Assembly: GCA_043228905.1 (NCBI GenBank)
Contig: JBHGNT010000093.1
Coordinates: 29,090-93,089, forward strand
DNA from: Azolla caroliniana
Taxonomy: Eukaryota; Plantae; Polypodiophyta
DNA length: 64,000 bases
Direction of reading: 5' to 3'
In this document: piece by piece, positions 1 through 15,000 of the stretch
Layout of the letters: each line of letters opens with the position of its first letter
Numbering within the stretch: position 1 is the stretch's first letter
The notes under the pieces: model-generated
Database searches by the model: none
What the model was told of the DNA's origin: nothing
Seen by the model: the letters and a program-made list of their open reading frames with translations, nothing else
Position numbers and translations under genes: made by a program

Positions 1-3000
1 TAGCGTTGTTAGCTTCGATTCGCATGTTTGAACACAAGAATCCGATATCACAGGAGCCAGGTATGAACATTTTAATTTACTCAAGGGCTCCTCTCAACTC
101 CCTCCTCATGTTTCCTAATTTCGTCATGTCTCTCGACCTGAGTTTCAAAAGCTTGATTTTTTAATTCTATATCATACCTAGCGTTGTTAGCTTCGATTCG
201 CATGTTTGAACACAAAAATCCGATATCACACGAGCCAGGTATGAACATTTTCATTTACTCACAGGCTCCTCTCAACTCACTACTCACATTTGTTAATTTC
301 GTCATGTCTCTCGACCTGAGTTTCAAAATCTTGATTTTTTAATTCCATATCATAGCTAGCGTTGTTAGCTTCGATTCGCATGTTTGAACACAAGAATCCG
401 ATATCACAGGAGCCAGGTATGAACATTTTAATTTACTCAAGGGCTCCTCTCAACTCCCTCCTCATGTTTCCTAATTTCGTCATGTCTCTCGACCTGAGTT
501 TCAAAATCTTGATTTTTTAATTCTATATCATACCTAGCGTTGTTAGCTTCGATTCGCATGTTTGAACACAAAAATCCGATATCACACGAGCTAGGTATGA
601 ACATTTTAATTTACTCAAGGGCTCCTCTCAACTCCCTCCTCATGTTTGCTAATTTCGCCATGTCTGTCGACTTGAGTTTCAAAATCTTGATTTTTTAATT
701 CCATATTATAGCTAGCGTTGTTAGCTTCGAATCGCATATTTGAACACAAAAATCCAATATCACACGAGGCAGGTATGAACATTTTAATTTACTCAAGGGC
801 TCTTCTTAACTCACTCCTCAAATTTGCTAATTTCGTCATGTCTCTCGACCTGAGTTTCAAAATCTTGATTTTTTAATTCCATATCATAGCTAGCGTTGTT
901 AGGTTCGATTCGCTTGGTTGAACGGAAAAATCCGATATCACACGAGCCAGGTATGAACATTTTCATTTACTCAAGGCTTCCTCTCAAGTCCCTCCTCATG
1001 TTTGCTAATTTCGTCATGTCTCTCGACCTGAGTTTCAAAATCTTGATTTTTTAATTCCATATCATAGCTAGCGTTGTTAGCTTCGATTCGCATGTTTGAA
1101 CACAAAAATCCGATATCACACGAGCCACGTAAGAACATTTTAATTTACTCAAGGGCTCCTCTCAACTCCCTCCTCATGTTTCCTAATTTCGTCATGTCTC
1201 TCGACCTGAGTTTCAAAATTTGGATTTTTTAATTCTATATCATACCTAGCGTTGTTAGCTTCGAATCGCATGTTTGAACACAAAAATCCGATATGACACG
1301 AGCCAGGTATGAACATTTTCATTTATTCACAGGCTCCTCTCAACTCACTACTCACATTTGTTAATTTCGTCATGTCTCTCGACCTGAGTTTCAAAATCTT
1401 GATTTTTTAATTCCATATCATAGCTAGCGTTGTTAGCTTCGATTCGCATGTTTGAACACAAAAATCGGATATCACACGAGCCAGGTATGAACATTTTCAT
1501 TTACTCAAGGCTTCCTCTCAACTCCCTCCTCAAGTTTGCTAATGTCGTCATGTCTCTCGACCTGAGTTTCAAAATCTTGATTTTTTAATTCCATATCATA
1601 GCTAGCGTTGTTAGCTTCGATTCGCATGTTTGAACACAAGAATCCGATATCACAGGAGCCAGGTATGAACATTTTAATTTACTCAAGGGCTCCTCTCAAC
1701 TCCCTCCTCATGTTTCCTAATTTCGTCATGTCTCTCGACCTGAGTTTCAAAATCTTGATTTTTTAATTCTATATCATACCTAGCGTTGTTAGCTTCGATT
1801 CGCATGTTTGAACACAAAAATCCGATATCACACGAGCTAGGTATGAACATTTTAATTTACTCAAGGGCTCCTCTCAACTCCCTCCTCATGTTTGCTAATT
1901 TCGCCATGTCTGTCGACTTGAGTTTCAAAATCTTGATTTTTTAATTCCATATTATAGCTAGCGTTGTTAGCTTCGAATCGCATATTTGAACACAAAAATC
2001 CGATATCACACGAGGCAGGTATGAACATTTTAATTTACTCAAGGGCTCTTCTTAACTCACTCCTCAAATTTGCTAATTTCGTCATGTCTCTCGACCTGAG
2101 TTTCAAAATCTTGATTTTTTAATTCCATATCATAGCTAGCGTTGTTAGGTTCGATTCGCTTCGTTGAACGGAAAAATCCGATATCACACGAGCCAGGTAT
2201 GAACATTTTCATTTACTCAAGGCTTCCTCTCAACTCCCTCCTCATGTTTGCTAATTTCGTCATGTCTCTCGACCTGAGTTTCAAAATCTTGAATTTTTAA
2301 TTCCATATCATAGCTAGCGTTGTTAGCTTCGATTCGCATGTTTGAACACAAAAATCCGATATCACACGAGCCACGTATGAACATTTTAATTTACTCAAGG
2401 GCTCCTCTCAACTCCCTCCTCATGTTTCCTAATTTCGTCATGTCTCTCGACCTGAGTTTCAAAATTTGGATTTTTTAATTCTATATCATACCTAGCGTTG
2501 TTAGCTTCGAATCGCATGTTTGAACACAAAAATCCGATATCACACGAGCCAGGTATGAACATTTTCATTTATTCACAGGCTCCTCTCAACTCACTACTCA
2601 CATTTGTTAATTTCGTCATGTCTCTCGACTTGAGTTTCAAAATCTTGATTTTTTAATTCCATATCATAGCTAGCGTTGTTAGCTTCGATTCGCATGTTTC
2701 AACACAAAAATCGGATATCACACGAGCCAGGTATGAACATTTTCATTTACTCAAGGCTTCCTCTCAACCCCCTCCTCATGTTTGCTAATGTCGTCATGTC
2801 TCTCGACCTGAGTTTCAAAATCTTGATTTTTTAATTCCATATCATAGCTAGCGTTGTTAGCTTCGATTCGCATGTTTGAACACAAAAATCCGATATCACA
2901 CGAGCCAGGTATGAAAATTTTAATTTACTCAAGGGCTCCTCTCAACTCCCTCCTCATGTTTCCTAATTTCGTCATGTCTCTCGACCTGAGTTTCAAAATT

Positions 3001-6000
3001 TTGATTTTTTAATTCTATATCATACCTAGCGTTGTTAGCTTCGAATCGCATGTTTGAACACAAAAATCCGATATCACACGAGCCAGGTATGAACATTTTC
3101 ATTTACTCATAGGCTCCTCTCAACTCACTACTCACATTTGTTAATTTCGTCATGTCTCTCGACCTGAGTTTCAAAATCTTGATTTTTTAATTCCATATCA
3201 TAGCTAGCGTTGTTAGCTTCGAATTGCATGTTTGAACACAAAAATCCGATATTACACGAGCCAGGTATGAACATTTTAATTTACTCAAGGGCTCCTCGTA
3301 ACTCCCTCCTCATATTTGCTAATTTCGTCATGTCTCTCGACCTGAGTTTCAAAATCTTGATTTTTTAATTCGATATCATAGCTAGCGTTGTTAGCTTCGA
3401 TTCGCATGTTTGAACACAAAAATCCGATATCACACGAGCCTGGTATGAACATTTTAATTTACTCAAGGGCTCCTCTCAACTCCCTCCTCAAATTTGGTAA
3501 TTTCATCATGTCTCTTGACCTGAGTTTCAAAATCTTGATTTTTTAATTCCATATCATAGCTAGCGTTGTTAGCTTCGAATCGCATGTTTGAACACAAAAA
3601 TCCGATATCACACGAGCCAGGTATGAACATTTTAATTTACTCACAGGCTCCTCTCAACTCACTACTCACATTTGTTAATTTCGTCATGTCTCTCGACCTG
3701 AGTTTCCAAATCTTGATTTTTTAATTCCATATCATAGCTACCGTTGTTAGCTTCGAATTGCATGTTTGAACACAAAAATCCGATATCACACGAGCCAGAT
3801 ATGAACATTTTCATTTACTCACAGGCTCCTCTCAACTCACTACTCACATTTGTTAATTTCGTCATGTCTCTCGACCTGAGTTTCAAAATCTTGATTTTTT
3901 AATTCCATATTATAGCTAGAGTTGTTAGCTTCGAATCGCATGTTTGAACAGAAAAATCCGATATCACACGAGGCAGGTATGAACATTTTAATTTACTCAA
4001 GGGCTCCTCTCAACTCCCTCCTCATGTTTCCTAATTTCGTCATGTCTCTCGACCTGAGTTTCGAAATATTTATTTTTTAATTCTATATCATAGCTACCGT
4101 TGTTAGCTTCGATTCGCATGTTTGAACACAAATATCCGATATCACACGAGCCAGGTATGAACATTTTAATTTACTCAAGGGCTCCTCTCAACTCCCTCCT
4201 CATGTTTGCTAATTTCGTCATGTCTCTCGACCTGAGTTTCAAAATCTTGATTTTTTAATTCCATATCATAGCTAGCGTTGTTAGCTTCGATTCACATGTT
4301 TGAACACAAAAATCCGATATTACACGAGCCAGGTATGAACATTTTAATTTACTCAAGGGCTCCTCTCAACTCCCTCCTCATGTTTGCTAATTTCGTCATG
4401 TCTCTCGACCTGAGTTTCAAAATCTTGATTTTTTAATTCCATATCATAGTTAGCGTTGTTAGCTTCGAATCGCATGTTTGAACACAAAAATCCAATATCA
4501 CACTAGCAGGTATGAACATTTTAATTTACTCAAGGGCTCCTCTCAACTCCCTCCTCATGTTTCCTAATTTCGTCATGTCTCTCGACCTGAGTTTCAAAAT
4601 CTTGATTTTTTAATTCCATATCATAGCTAGCGTTGTTAGCTTTGATTCGCATGTTTGAACACAAAAATCCGATATCACACGAGGCAGGTATGAACATTTT
4701 AATTTACTCAAGGGCTCTTCTCAACTCACTCCTCAAATTTGCTAATTTCGTCATGTCTCTCGACCTGAGTTTCAAAATCTTGATTTTTTAATTCCATATT
4801 ATAGCTAGAGTTGTTAGCTTCGAATCGCATGTTTGAACACAAAAATCCGATATCACACGAGGCAGGTATGAACATTTTAATTTACTCAAGGGCTCCTCTC
4901 AACTCCCTCCTCATGTTTCCTAATTTCGTCATGTCTCTCGACCTGAGTTTCAAAATATTTATTTTTTAATTCTATATCATAGCTACCGTTGTTAGCTTCG
5001 ATTCGCATGTTTGAACACAAAAATCCGATATCACACGAGCCAGGTATGAACATTTTAATTTACTCAAGGGCTCCTCTCAACTCCCTCCTCATGTTTGCTA
5101 ATTTCGTCATGTCTCTCGACCTGAGTTTCAAAATCTTGATTTTTTAATTCCATATCATAGCTAGCGTTGTTAGCTTCGATTCACATGTTTGAACACAAAA
5201 ATCCGATATTACACGAGCCAGGTATGAACATTTTAATTTACTCAAGGGCTCCTCTCAACTCCGTCCTCATGTTTGCTAATTTCGTCATGTCTCTCGACCT
5301 GAGTTTCAAAATCTTGATTTTTTAATTCCATATCATAGCTAGCGTTGTTAGGTTCGATTCGCTTGGTTGAACGGAAAAATCCGATATCACACGAGCCAGG
5401 TATGAACATTTTCATTTACTCAAGGCTTCCTCTCAACTCCCTCCTCATGTTTGCTAATTTCGTCATGTCTCTCGACCTGAGTTTCAAAATCTTGATTTCT
5501 TAATTCCATATCATAGCTAGCGTTGTTAGCTTCGATTCGCATGTTTGAACACAAAAATCCGATATCACACGAGCCACGTATGAACATTTTAATTTACTCA
5601 AGGGCTCCTCTCAACTCCCTCCTCATGTTTCCTAATTTCGTCATGTCTCTCGACCTGAGTTTCAAAATTTGGATTTTTTAATTCTATATCATACCTAGCG
5701 TTGTTAGCTTCGAATCGCATGTTTGAACACAAAAATCCGATATGACACGAGCCAGGTATGAACATTTTCATTTATTCACAGGCTCCTCTCAACTCACTAC
5801 TCACATTTGTTAATTTCGTCATGTCTCTCGACCTGAGTTTCAAAATCTTGATTTTTTAATTCCATATCATAGCTAGCGTTGTTAGCTTCGATTCGCATGT
5901 TTGAACACAAAAATCGGATATCACACGAGCCAGGTATGAACATTTTCATTTACTCAAGGCTTCCTCTCAACTCCCTCCTCAAGTTTGCTAATGTCGTCAT

Positions 6001-9000
6001 GTCTCTCGACCTGAGTTTCAAAATCTTGATTTTTTAATTCCATATCATAGCTAGCGTTGTTAGCTTCGATTCGCATGTTTGAACACAAGAAGCCGATATC
6101 ACAGGAGCCAGGTATGAACATTTTAATTTACTCACAGGCTCCTCTCAACTCACTACTCACATTTGTTAATTTCGTCATGTCTCTCGACCTGAGTTTCCAA
6201 ATCTTGATTTTTTAATTCCATATCATAGCTACCGTTGTTAGCTTCGAATTGCATGTTTGAACACAAAAATCCGATATCACACGAGCCAGATATGAACATT
6301 TTCATTTACTCACAGGCTCCTCTCAACTCACTACTCACATTTGTTAATTTCGTCATGTCTCTCGACCTGAGTTTCAAAATCTTGATTTTTTAATTCCATA
6401 TTATAGCTAGAGTTGTTAGCTTCGAATCGCATGTTTGAACACAAAAATCCGATATCACACGAGGCAGGTATGAACATTTTAATTTACTCAAGGGCTCCTC
6501 TCAACTCCCTCCTCATGTTTCCTAATTTCGTCATGTCTCTCGACCTGAGTTTCAAAATATTTATTTTTTAATTCTATATCATAGCTACCGTTGTTAGCTT
6601 CCATTCGCATGTTTGAACACAAAAATCCGATATCACACGAGCCAGGTATGAACATTTTAATTTACTCAAGGGCTCCTCTCAACTCCCTCCTCATGTTTGC
6701 TAATTTCGTCATGTCTCTCGACCTGAGTTTCAAAATCTTGATTTTTTAATTCCATATCATAGCTAGCGTTGTTAGCTTCGATTCACATGTTTGAACACAA
6801 AAATCCGATATTACACGAGCCAGGTATGAACATTTTAATTTACTCAAGGGCTCCTCTCAACTCCCTCCTCATGTTTGCTAATTTCGTCATGTCTCTCGAC
6901 CTGAGTTTCAAAATCTTGATTTTTTAATTCCATATCATAGTTAGCGTTGTTAGCTTCGAATCGCATGTTTGAACACAAAAATCCAATATCACACTAGCAG
7001 GTATGAACATTTTAATTTACTCAAGGGCTCCTCTCAACTCCCTCCTCATGTTTCCTAATTTCGTCATGTCTCTCGACCTGAGTTTCAAAATCTTGATTTT
7101 TTAATTCCAGATCATAACTAGCGTTGTTAGCTTTGATTCGCATGTTTGAACACAAAAATCCGATATCACACGAGGCAGGTATGAACATTTTAATTTACTC
7201 AAGGGCTCTTCTCAACTCACTCCTCAAATTTGCTAATTTCGTCATGTCTCTCGACCTGAGTTTCAAAATCTTGATTTTTTAATTCCATATTATAGCTAGA
7301 GTTGTTAGCTTCGAATCGCATGTTTGAACACAAAAATCCGATATCACACGAGGCAGGTATGAACATTTTAATTTACTCAAGGGCTCCTCTCAACTCCCTC
7401 CTCATGTTTCCTAATTTCGTCATGTCTCTCGACCTGAGTTTCAAAATATTTATTTTTTAATTCTATATCATAGCTACCGTTGTTAGCTTCGATTCGCATG
7501 TTTGAACACAAAAATCCGATATCACACGAGCCAGGTATGAACATTTTAATTTACTCAAGGGCTCCTCTCAACTCCCTCCTCATGTTTGCTAATTTCGTCA
7601 TGTCTCTCGACCTGAGTTTCAAAATCTTGATTTTTTAATTCCATATCATAGCTAGCGTTGTTAGCTTCGATTCACATGTTTGAACACAAAAATCCGATAT
7701 TACACGAGCCAGGTATGAACATTTTAATTTACTCAAGGGCTCCTCTCAACTCCGTCCTCATGTTTGCTAATTTCGTCATGTCTCTCGACCTGAGTTTCAA
7801 AATCTTGATTTTTTAATTCCATATCATAGCTAGCGTTGTTAGGTTCGATTCGCTTGGTTGAACGGAAAAATCCGATATCACACGAGCCAGGTATGAACAT
7901 TTTCATTTACTCAAGGCTTCCTCTCAACTCCCTCCTCATGTTTGCTAATTTCGTCATATCTCTCGACCTGAGTTTCAAAATCTTGATTTCTTAATTCCAT
8001 ATCATAGCTAGCGTTGTTAGCTTCGATTCGCATGTTTGAACACAAAAATCCGATATCACACGAGCCACGTATGAACATTTTAATTTACTCAAGGGCTCCT
8101 CTCAACTCCCTCCTCATGTTTCCTAATTTCGTCATGTCTCTCGACCTGAGTTTCAAAATTTGGATTTTTTAATTCTATATCATACCTAGCGTTGTGAGCT
8201 TCGAATCGCATGTTTGAACACAAAAATCCGATATGACACGAGCCAGGTATGAACATTTTCATTTATTCACAGGCTCCTCTCAACTCACTACTCACATTTG
8301 TTAATTTCGTCATGTCTCTCGACCTGAGTTTCAAAATCTTGATTTTTTAATTCCATATCATAGCTAGCGTTGTTAGCTTCGATTCGCATGTTTGAACACA
8401 AAAATCGGATATCACACGAGCCAGGTATGAACATTTTCATTTACTCAAGGCTTCCTCTCAACTCCCTCCTCAAGTTTGCTAATGTCGTCATGTCTCTCGA
8501 CCTGAGTTTCAAAATCTTGATTTTTTAATTCCATATCATAGCTAGCGTTGTTAGCTTCGATTCGCATGTTTGAACACAAGAAGCCGATATCACAGGAGCC
8601 ACGTATGAACATTTTAATTTACTCAAGGGCTCCTCTCAACTCCCTCCTCATGTTTGCTAATTTCGCCATGTCTGTCGACTTGAGTTTCAAAATCTTGATT
8701 TTTTAATTCCATATTATAGCTAGCGTTGTTAGCTTCGAATCGCATATTTGAACACAAAAATCCGATATCACACGAGGCAGGTATGAACATTTTAATTTAC
8801 TCAAGGGCTCTTCTTAACTCACTCCTCAAATTTGCTAATTTCGTCATGTCTCTCGACCTGAGTTTCAAAATCTTGATTTTTTAATTCCATATCATAGCTA
8901 GCGTTGTTAGGTTCGATTCGCTTGGTTGAACGGAAAAATCCGATATCACACGAGCCAGGTATGAACATTTTCATTTACTCAAGGCTTCCTCTCAACTCCC

Positions 9001-12000
9001 TCCTCATGTTTGCTAATTTCGTCATGTCTCTCGACCTGAGTTTAAAAATCTTGAATTTTTAATTCCATATCATAGCTAGCGTTGTTAGCTTCGATTCGCA
9101 TGTTTGAACACAAAAATCCGATATCACACGAGCCACGTATGAACATTTTAATTTACTCAAGGGCTCCTCTCAACTCCCTCCTCATGTTTCCTAATTTCGT
9201 CATGTCTCTCGACCTGAGTTTCAAAATTTGGATTTTTTAATTCTATATCATACCTAGCGTTGTTAGCTTCGAATCGCATGTTTGAACACAAAAATCCGAT
9301 ATCACACGAGCCAGGTATGAACATTTTCATTTATTCACAGGCTCCTCTCAACTCACTACTCACATTTGTTAATTTCGTCATGTCTCTCGACTTGAGTTTC
9401 AAAATCTTGATTTTTTAATTCCATATCATAGCTAGCGTTGTTAGCTTCGATTCGCATGTTTCAACACAAAAATCGGATATAACACGAGCCAGGTATGAAC
9501 ATTTTCATTTACTCAAGGCTTCCTCTCAACCCCCTCCTCATGTTTGCTAATGTCGTCATGTCTCTCGACCTGAGTTTCAAAATCTTGATTTTTTAATTCC
9601 ATATCATAGCTAGCGTTGTTAGCTTCGAATCGCATGTTTGAACACAAAAATCCGATATCACACGAGCCAGGTATGAACATTTTAATTTACTCAAGGGCTC
9701 CTCTCAACTCCCTCCTCATGTTTGCTAATTTCGTCATGTCTCTCGACCTGAGTTTCAAAATCTTGATTTTTTAATTCCATATCATAGCTAGCGTTGTTAG
9801 CTTCGATTCACATGTTTGAACACAAAAATCCGATATTACACGAGCCAGGTATGAACATTTTAATTTACTCAAGGGCTCCTCTCAACTCCCTCCTCATGTT
9901 TGCTAATTTCGTCATGTCTCTCGACCTGAGTTTCAAAATCTTGATTTTTTAATTCCATATCATAGTTAGCGTTGTTAGCTTCGAATCGCATGTTTGAACA
10001 CAAAAATCCAATATCACACTAGCAGGTATGAACATTTTAATTTACTCAAGGGCTCCTCTCAACTCCCTCCTCATGTTTCCTAATTTCGTCATGTCTCTCG
10101 ACCTGAGTTTCAAAATCTTGATTTTTTAATTCCATATCATAACTAGCGTTGTTAGCTTTGATTCGCATGTTTGAACACAAAAATCCGATATCACACGAGG
10201 CAGGTATGAACATTTTAATTTACTCAAGGGCTCCTCTCAACTCCCTCCTCATGTTTGCTAATTTCGCCATGTCTGTCGACTTGAGTTTCAAAATCTTGAT
10301 TTTTTAATTCCATATTATAGCTAGCGTTGTTAGCTTCGAATCGCATATTTGAACACAAAAATCCGATATCACACGAGGCAGGTATGAACATTTTAATTTA
10401 CTCAAGGGCTCTTCTTAACTCACTCCTCAAATTTGCTAATTTCGTCATGTCTCTCGACCTGAGTTTCAAAATCTTGATTTTTTAATTCCATATCATAGCT
10501 AGCGTTGTTAGGTTCGATTCGCTTGGTTGAACGGAAAAATCCGATATCACACGAGCCAGGTATGAACATTTTCATTTACTCAAGGCTTCCTCTCAACTCC
10601 CTCCTCATGTTTGCTAATTTCGTCATGTCTCTCGACCTGAGTTTAAAAATCTTGATTTTTTAATTCCATATCATAGCTAGCGTTGTTAGCTTCGATTCGC
10701 ATGTTTGAACACAAAAATCCGATATCACACGAGCCACGTATGAACATTTTAATTTACTCAAGGGCTCCTCTCAACTCCCTCCTCATGTTTCCTAATTTCG
10801 TCATGTCTCTCGACCTGAGTTTCAAAATTTGGATTTTTTAATTCTATATCATACCTAGCGTTGTTAGCTTCGAATCGCATGTTTGAACACAAAAATCCGA
10901 TATCACACGAGCCAGGTATGAACATTTTCATTTATTCACAGGCTCCTCTCAACTCACTACTCACATTTGTTAATTTCGTCATGTCTCTCGACTTGAGTTT
11001 CAAAATCTTGATTTTTTAATTCCATATCATAGCTAGCGTTGTTAGCTTCGATTCGCATGTTTCAACACAAAAATCGGATATAACACGAGCCAGGTATGAA
11101 CATTTTCATTTACTCAAGGCTTCCTCTCAACCCCCTCCTCATGTTTGCTAATGTCGTCATGTCTCTCGACCTGAGTTTCAAAATCTTGATTTTTTAATTC
11201 CATATCATAGCTAGCGTTGTTAGCTTCGAATCGCATGTTTGAACACAAAAATCCGATATCACACGAGCCAGGTATGAACATTTTAATTTACTCAAGGGCT
11301 CCTCTCAACTCCCTCCTCATGTTTGCTAATTTCGTCATGTCTCTCGACCTGAGTTTCAAAATCTTGATTTTTTAATTCCATATCATAGCTAGCGTTGTTA
11401 GCTTCGATTCACATGTTTGAACACAAAAATCCGATATTACACGAGCCAGGTATGAACATTTTAATTTACTCAAGGGCTCCTCTCAACTCCCTCCTCATGT
11501 TTGCTAATTTCGTCATGTCTCTCGACCTGAGTTTCAAAATCTTGATTTTTTAATTCCATATCATAGTTAGCGTTGTTAGCTTCGAATCGCATGTTTGAAC
11601 ACAAAAATCCAATATCACACTAGCAGGTATGAACATTTTAATTTACTCAAGGGCTCCTCTCAACTCCCTCCTCATGTTTCCTAATTTCGTCATGTCTCTC
11701 GACCTGAGTTTCAAAATCTTGATTTTTTAATTCCATATCATAACTAGCGTTGTTAGCTTTGATTCGCATGTTTGAACACAAAAATCCGATATCACACGAG
11801 GCAGGTATGAACATTTTAATTTACTCAAGGGCTCTTCTCAACTCACTCCTCAAATTTGCTAATTTCGTCATGTCTCTCGACCTGAGTTTCAAAATCTTGA
11901 TTTTTTAATTCCATATTATAGCTAGAGTTGTTAGCTTCGAATCGCATGTTTGAACACAAAAATCCGATATCACACGAGGCAGGTATGAACATTTTAATTT

Positions 12001-15000
12001 ACTCAAGGGCTCCTCTCAACTCCCTCCTCATGTTTCCTAATTTCGTCATGTCTCTCGACCTGAGTTTCAAAATATTTATTTTTTAATTCTATATCATAGC
12101 TACCGTTGTTAGCTTCGATTCGCATGTTTGAACACAAAAATCCGATATCACACGAGCCAGGTATGAACATTTTAATTTACTCAAGGGCTCCTCTCAACTC
12201 CCTCCTCATGTTTGCTAATTTCGTCATGTCTCTCGACCTGAGTTTCAAAATCTTGATTTTTTAATTCCATATCATAGCTAGCGTTGTTAGCTTTGATTCG
12301 CATGTTTGAACACAAAAATCCGATATCACACGAGGCAGGTATGAACATTTTAATTTACTCAAGGGCTCTTCTCAACTCACTCCTCAAATTTGCTAATTTC
12401 GTCATGTCTCTCGACCTGAGTTTCAAAATCTTGATTTTTTAATTCCATATTATAGCTAGAGTTGTTAGCTTCGAATCGCATGTTTGAACACAAAAATCCG
12501 ATATCACACGAGGCAGGTATGAACATTTTAATTTACTCAAGGGCTCCTCTCAACTCCCTCCTCATGTTTCCTATTTTCGTCATGTCTCTCGACCTGAGTT
12601 TCAAAATATTTATTTTTTAATTCTATATCATAGCTACCGTTGTTAGCTTCGATTCGCATGTTTGAACACAAAAATCCGATATCACACGAGCCAGGTATGA
12701 ACATTTTAATTTACTCAAGGGCTCCTCTCAACTCCCTCCTCATGTTTGCTAATTTCGTCATGTCTCTCGACCTGAGTTTCAAAATCTTGATTTTTTAATT
12801 CCATATCATAGCTAGCGTTGTTAGCTTCGATTCACATGTTTGAACACAAAAATCCGATATTACACGAGCCAGGTATGAACATTTTAATGTACTCAAGGGC
12901 TCCTCTCAACTCCGTCCTCATGTTTGCTAATTTCGTCATGTCTCTCGACCTGAGTTTCAAAATCTTGATTTTTTAATTCCATATCATAGTTAGCGTTGTT
13001 AGGTTCGATTCGCTTGGTTGAACGGAAAAATCCGATATCACACGAGCCAGGTATGAACATTTTCATTTACTCAAGGCTTCCTCTCAACTCCCTCCTCATG
13101 TTTGCTAATTTCGTCATGTCTCTCGACCTGAGTTTCAAAATCTTGATTTCTTAATTCCATATCATAGCTAGCGTTGTTAGCTTCGATTCGCATGTTTGAA
13201 CACAAAAATCCGATATCACACGAGCCACGTATGAACATTTTAATTTACTCAAGGGCTCCTCTCAACTCCCTCCTCATGTTTCCTAATTTCGTCATGTCTC
13301 TCGACCTGAGTTTCAAAATTTGGATTTTTTAATTCTATATCATACCTAGCGTTGTTAGCTTCGAATCGCATGTTTGAACACAAAAATCCGATATGACACG
13401 AGCCAGGTATGAACATTTTCATTTATTCACAGGCTCCTCTCAACTCACTACTCACATTTGTTAGTTTCGTCATGTCTCTCGACCTGAGTTTCAAAATCTT
13501 GATTTTTTAATTCCATATCATAGCTAGCGTTGTTAGCTTCGATTCGCATGTTTGAACACAAAAATCGGATATCACACGAGCCAGGTATGAACATTTTCAT
13601 TTACTCAAGGCTTCCTCTCAACTCCCTCCTCAAGTTTGCTAATGTCGTCATGTCTCTCGACCTGAGTTTCAAAATCTTGATTTTTTAATTCCATATCATA
13701 GCTAGCGTTGTTAGCTTCGATTCGCATGTTTGAACACAAGAAGCCGATATCACAGGAGCCAGGTATGAACATTTTAATTTACTCACAGGCTCCTCTCAAC
13801 TCACTACTCACATTTGTTAATTTCGTCATGTCTCTCGACCTGAGTTTCCAAATCTTGATTTTTTAATTCCATATCATAGCTACCGTTGTTAGCTTCGAAT
13901 TGCATGTTTGAACACAAAAATCCGATATCACACGAGCCAGATATGAACATTTTGATTTACTCACAGGCTCCTCTCAACTCACTACTCACATTTGTTAATT
14001 TCGTCATGTCTCTCGACCTGAGTTTCAAAATCTTGATTTTTTAATTCCATATTATAGCTAGAGTTGTTAGCTTCGAATCGCATGTTTGAACACAAAAATC
14101 CGATATCACACGAGGCAGGTATGAACATTTTAATTTACTCAAGGGCTCCTCTCAACTCCCTCCTCATGTTTCCTAATTTCGTCATGTCTCTCGACCTGAG
14201 TTTCAAAATATTTATTTTTTAATTCTATATCATAGCTACCGTTGTTAGCTTCAATTCGCATGTTTGAACACAAAAATCCGATATCACACGAGCCAGGTAT
14301 GAACATTTTAATTTACTCAAGGGCTCCTCTCAACTCCCTCCTCATGTTTGCTAATTTCGTCATGTCTCTCGACCTGAGTTTCAAAATCTTGATTTTTTAA
14401 TTCCATATCATAGCTAGCGTTGTTAGCTTCGATTCACATGTTTGAACACAAAAATCCGATATTACACGAGCCAGGTATGAACATTTTAATTTACTCAAGG
14501 GCTCCTCTCAACTCCCTCCTCATGTTTGCTAATTTCGTCATGTCTCTCGACCTGAGTTTCAAAATCTTGATTTTTTAATTCCATATCATAGTTAGCGTTG
14601 TTAGCTTCGAATCGCATGTTTGAACACAAAAATCCAATATCACACTAGCAGGTATGAACATTTTAATTTACTCAAGGGCTCCTCTCAACTCCCTCCTCAT
14701 GTTTCCTAATTTCGTCATGTCTCTCGACCTGAGTTTCAAAATCTTGATTTTTTAATTCCATATCATAGCTAGCGTTGTTAGCTTTGATTCGCATGTTTGA
14801 ACACAAAAATCCGATATCACACGAGGCAGGTATGAACATTTTAATTTACTCAAGGGCTCTTCTCAACTCACTCCTCAAATTTGCTAATTTCGTCATGTCT
14901 CTCGACCTGAGTTTCAAAATCTTGATTTTTTAATTCCATATTATAGCTAGAGTTGTTAGCTTCGAATCGCATGTTTGAACACAAAAATCCGATATCACAC

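Noticed and set aside
92-110. Shine-Dalgarno-like GAGGAGG on the minus strand and terminator-like hairpin plus T-run (AAAATCTTGATTTTTT)
   Set aside because: There are no associated genes, the stem is AT-rich and weak, and such motifs arise by chance in satellite DNA.
1-178. Identity with Arabidopsis CEN178, primate alpha satellite, or a 5S rDNA/tRNA tandem array
   Set aside because: Only the length is similar. I found no motif I recognise from those satellites, no 5S coding sequence and no tRNA cloverleaf. A database search is needed to be certain.
2159-2172. CENP-B-box-like CTTCGTTGAACGGA (also about 22267)
   Set aside because: The canonical box needs TTCG-N4-A-N2-CGGG. Here the spacer is 5 nt instead of 7 and the end is CGGA. 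It occurs in only two monomers.
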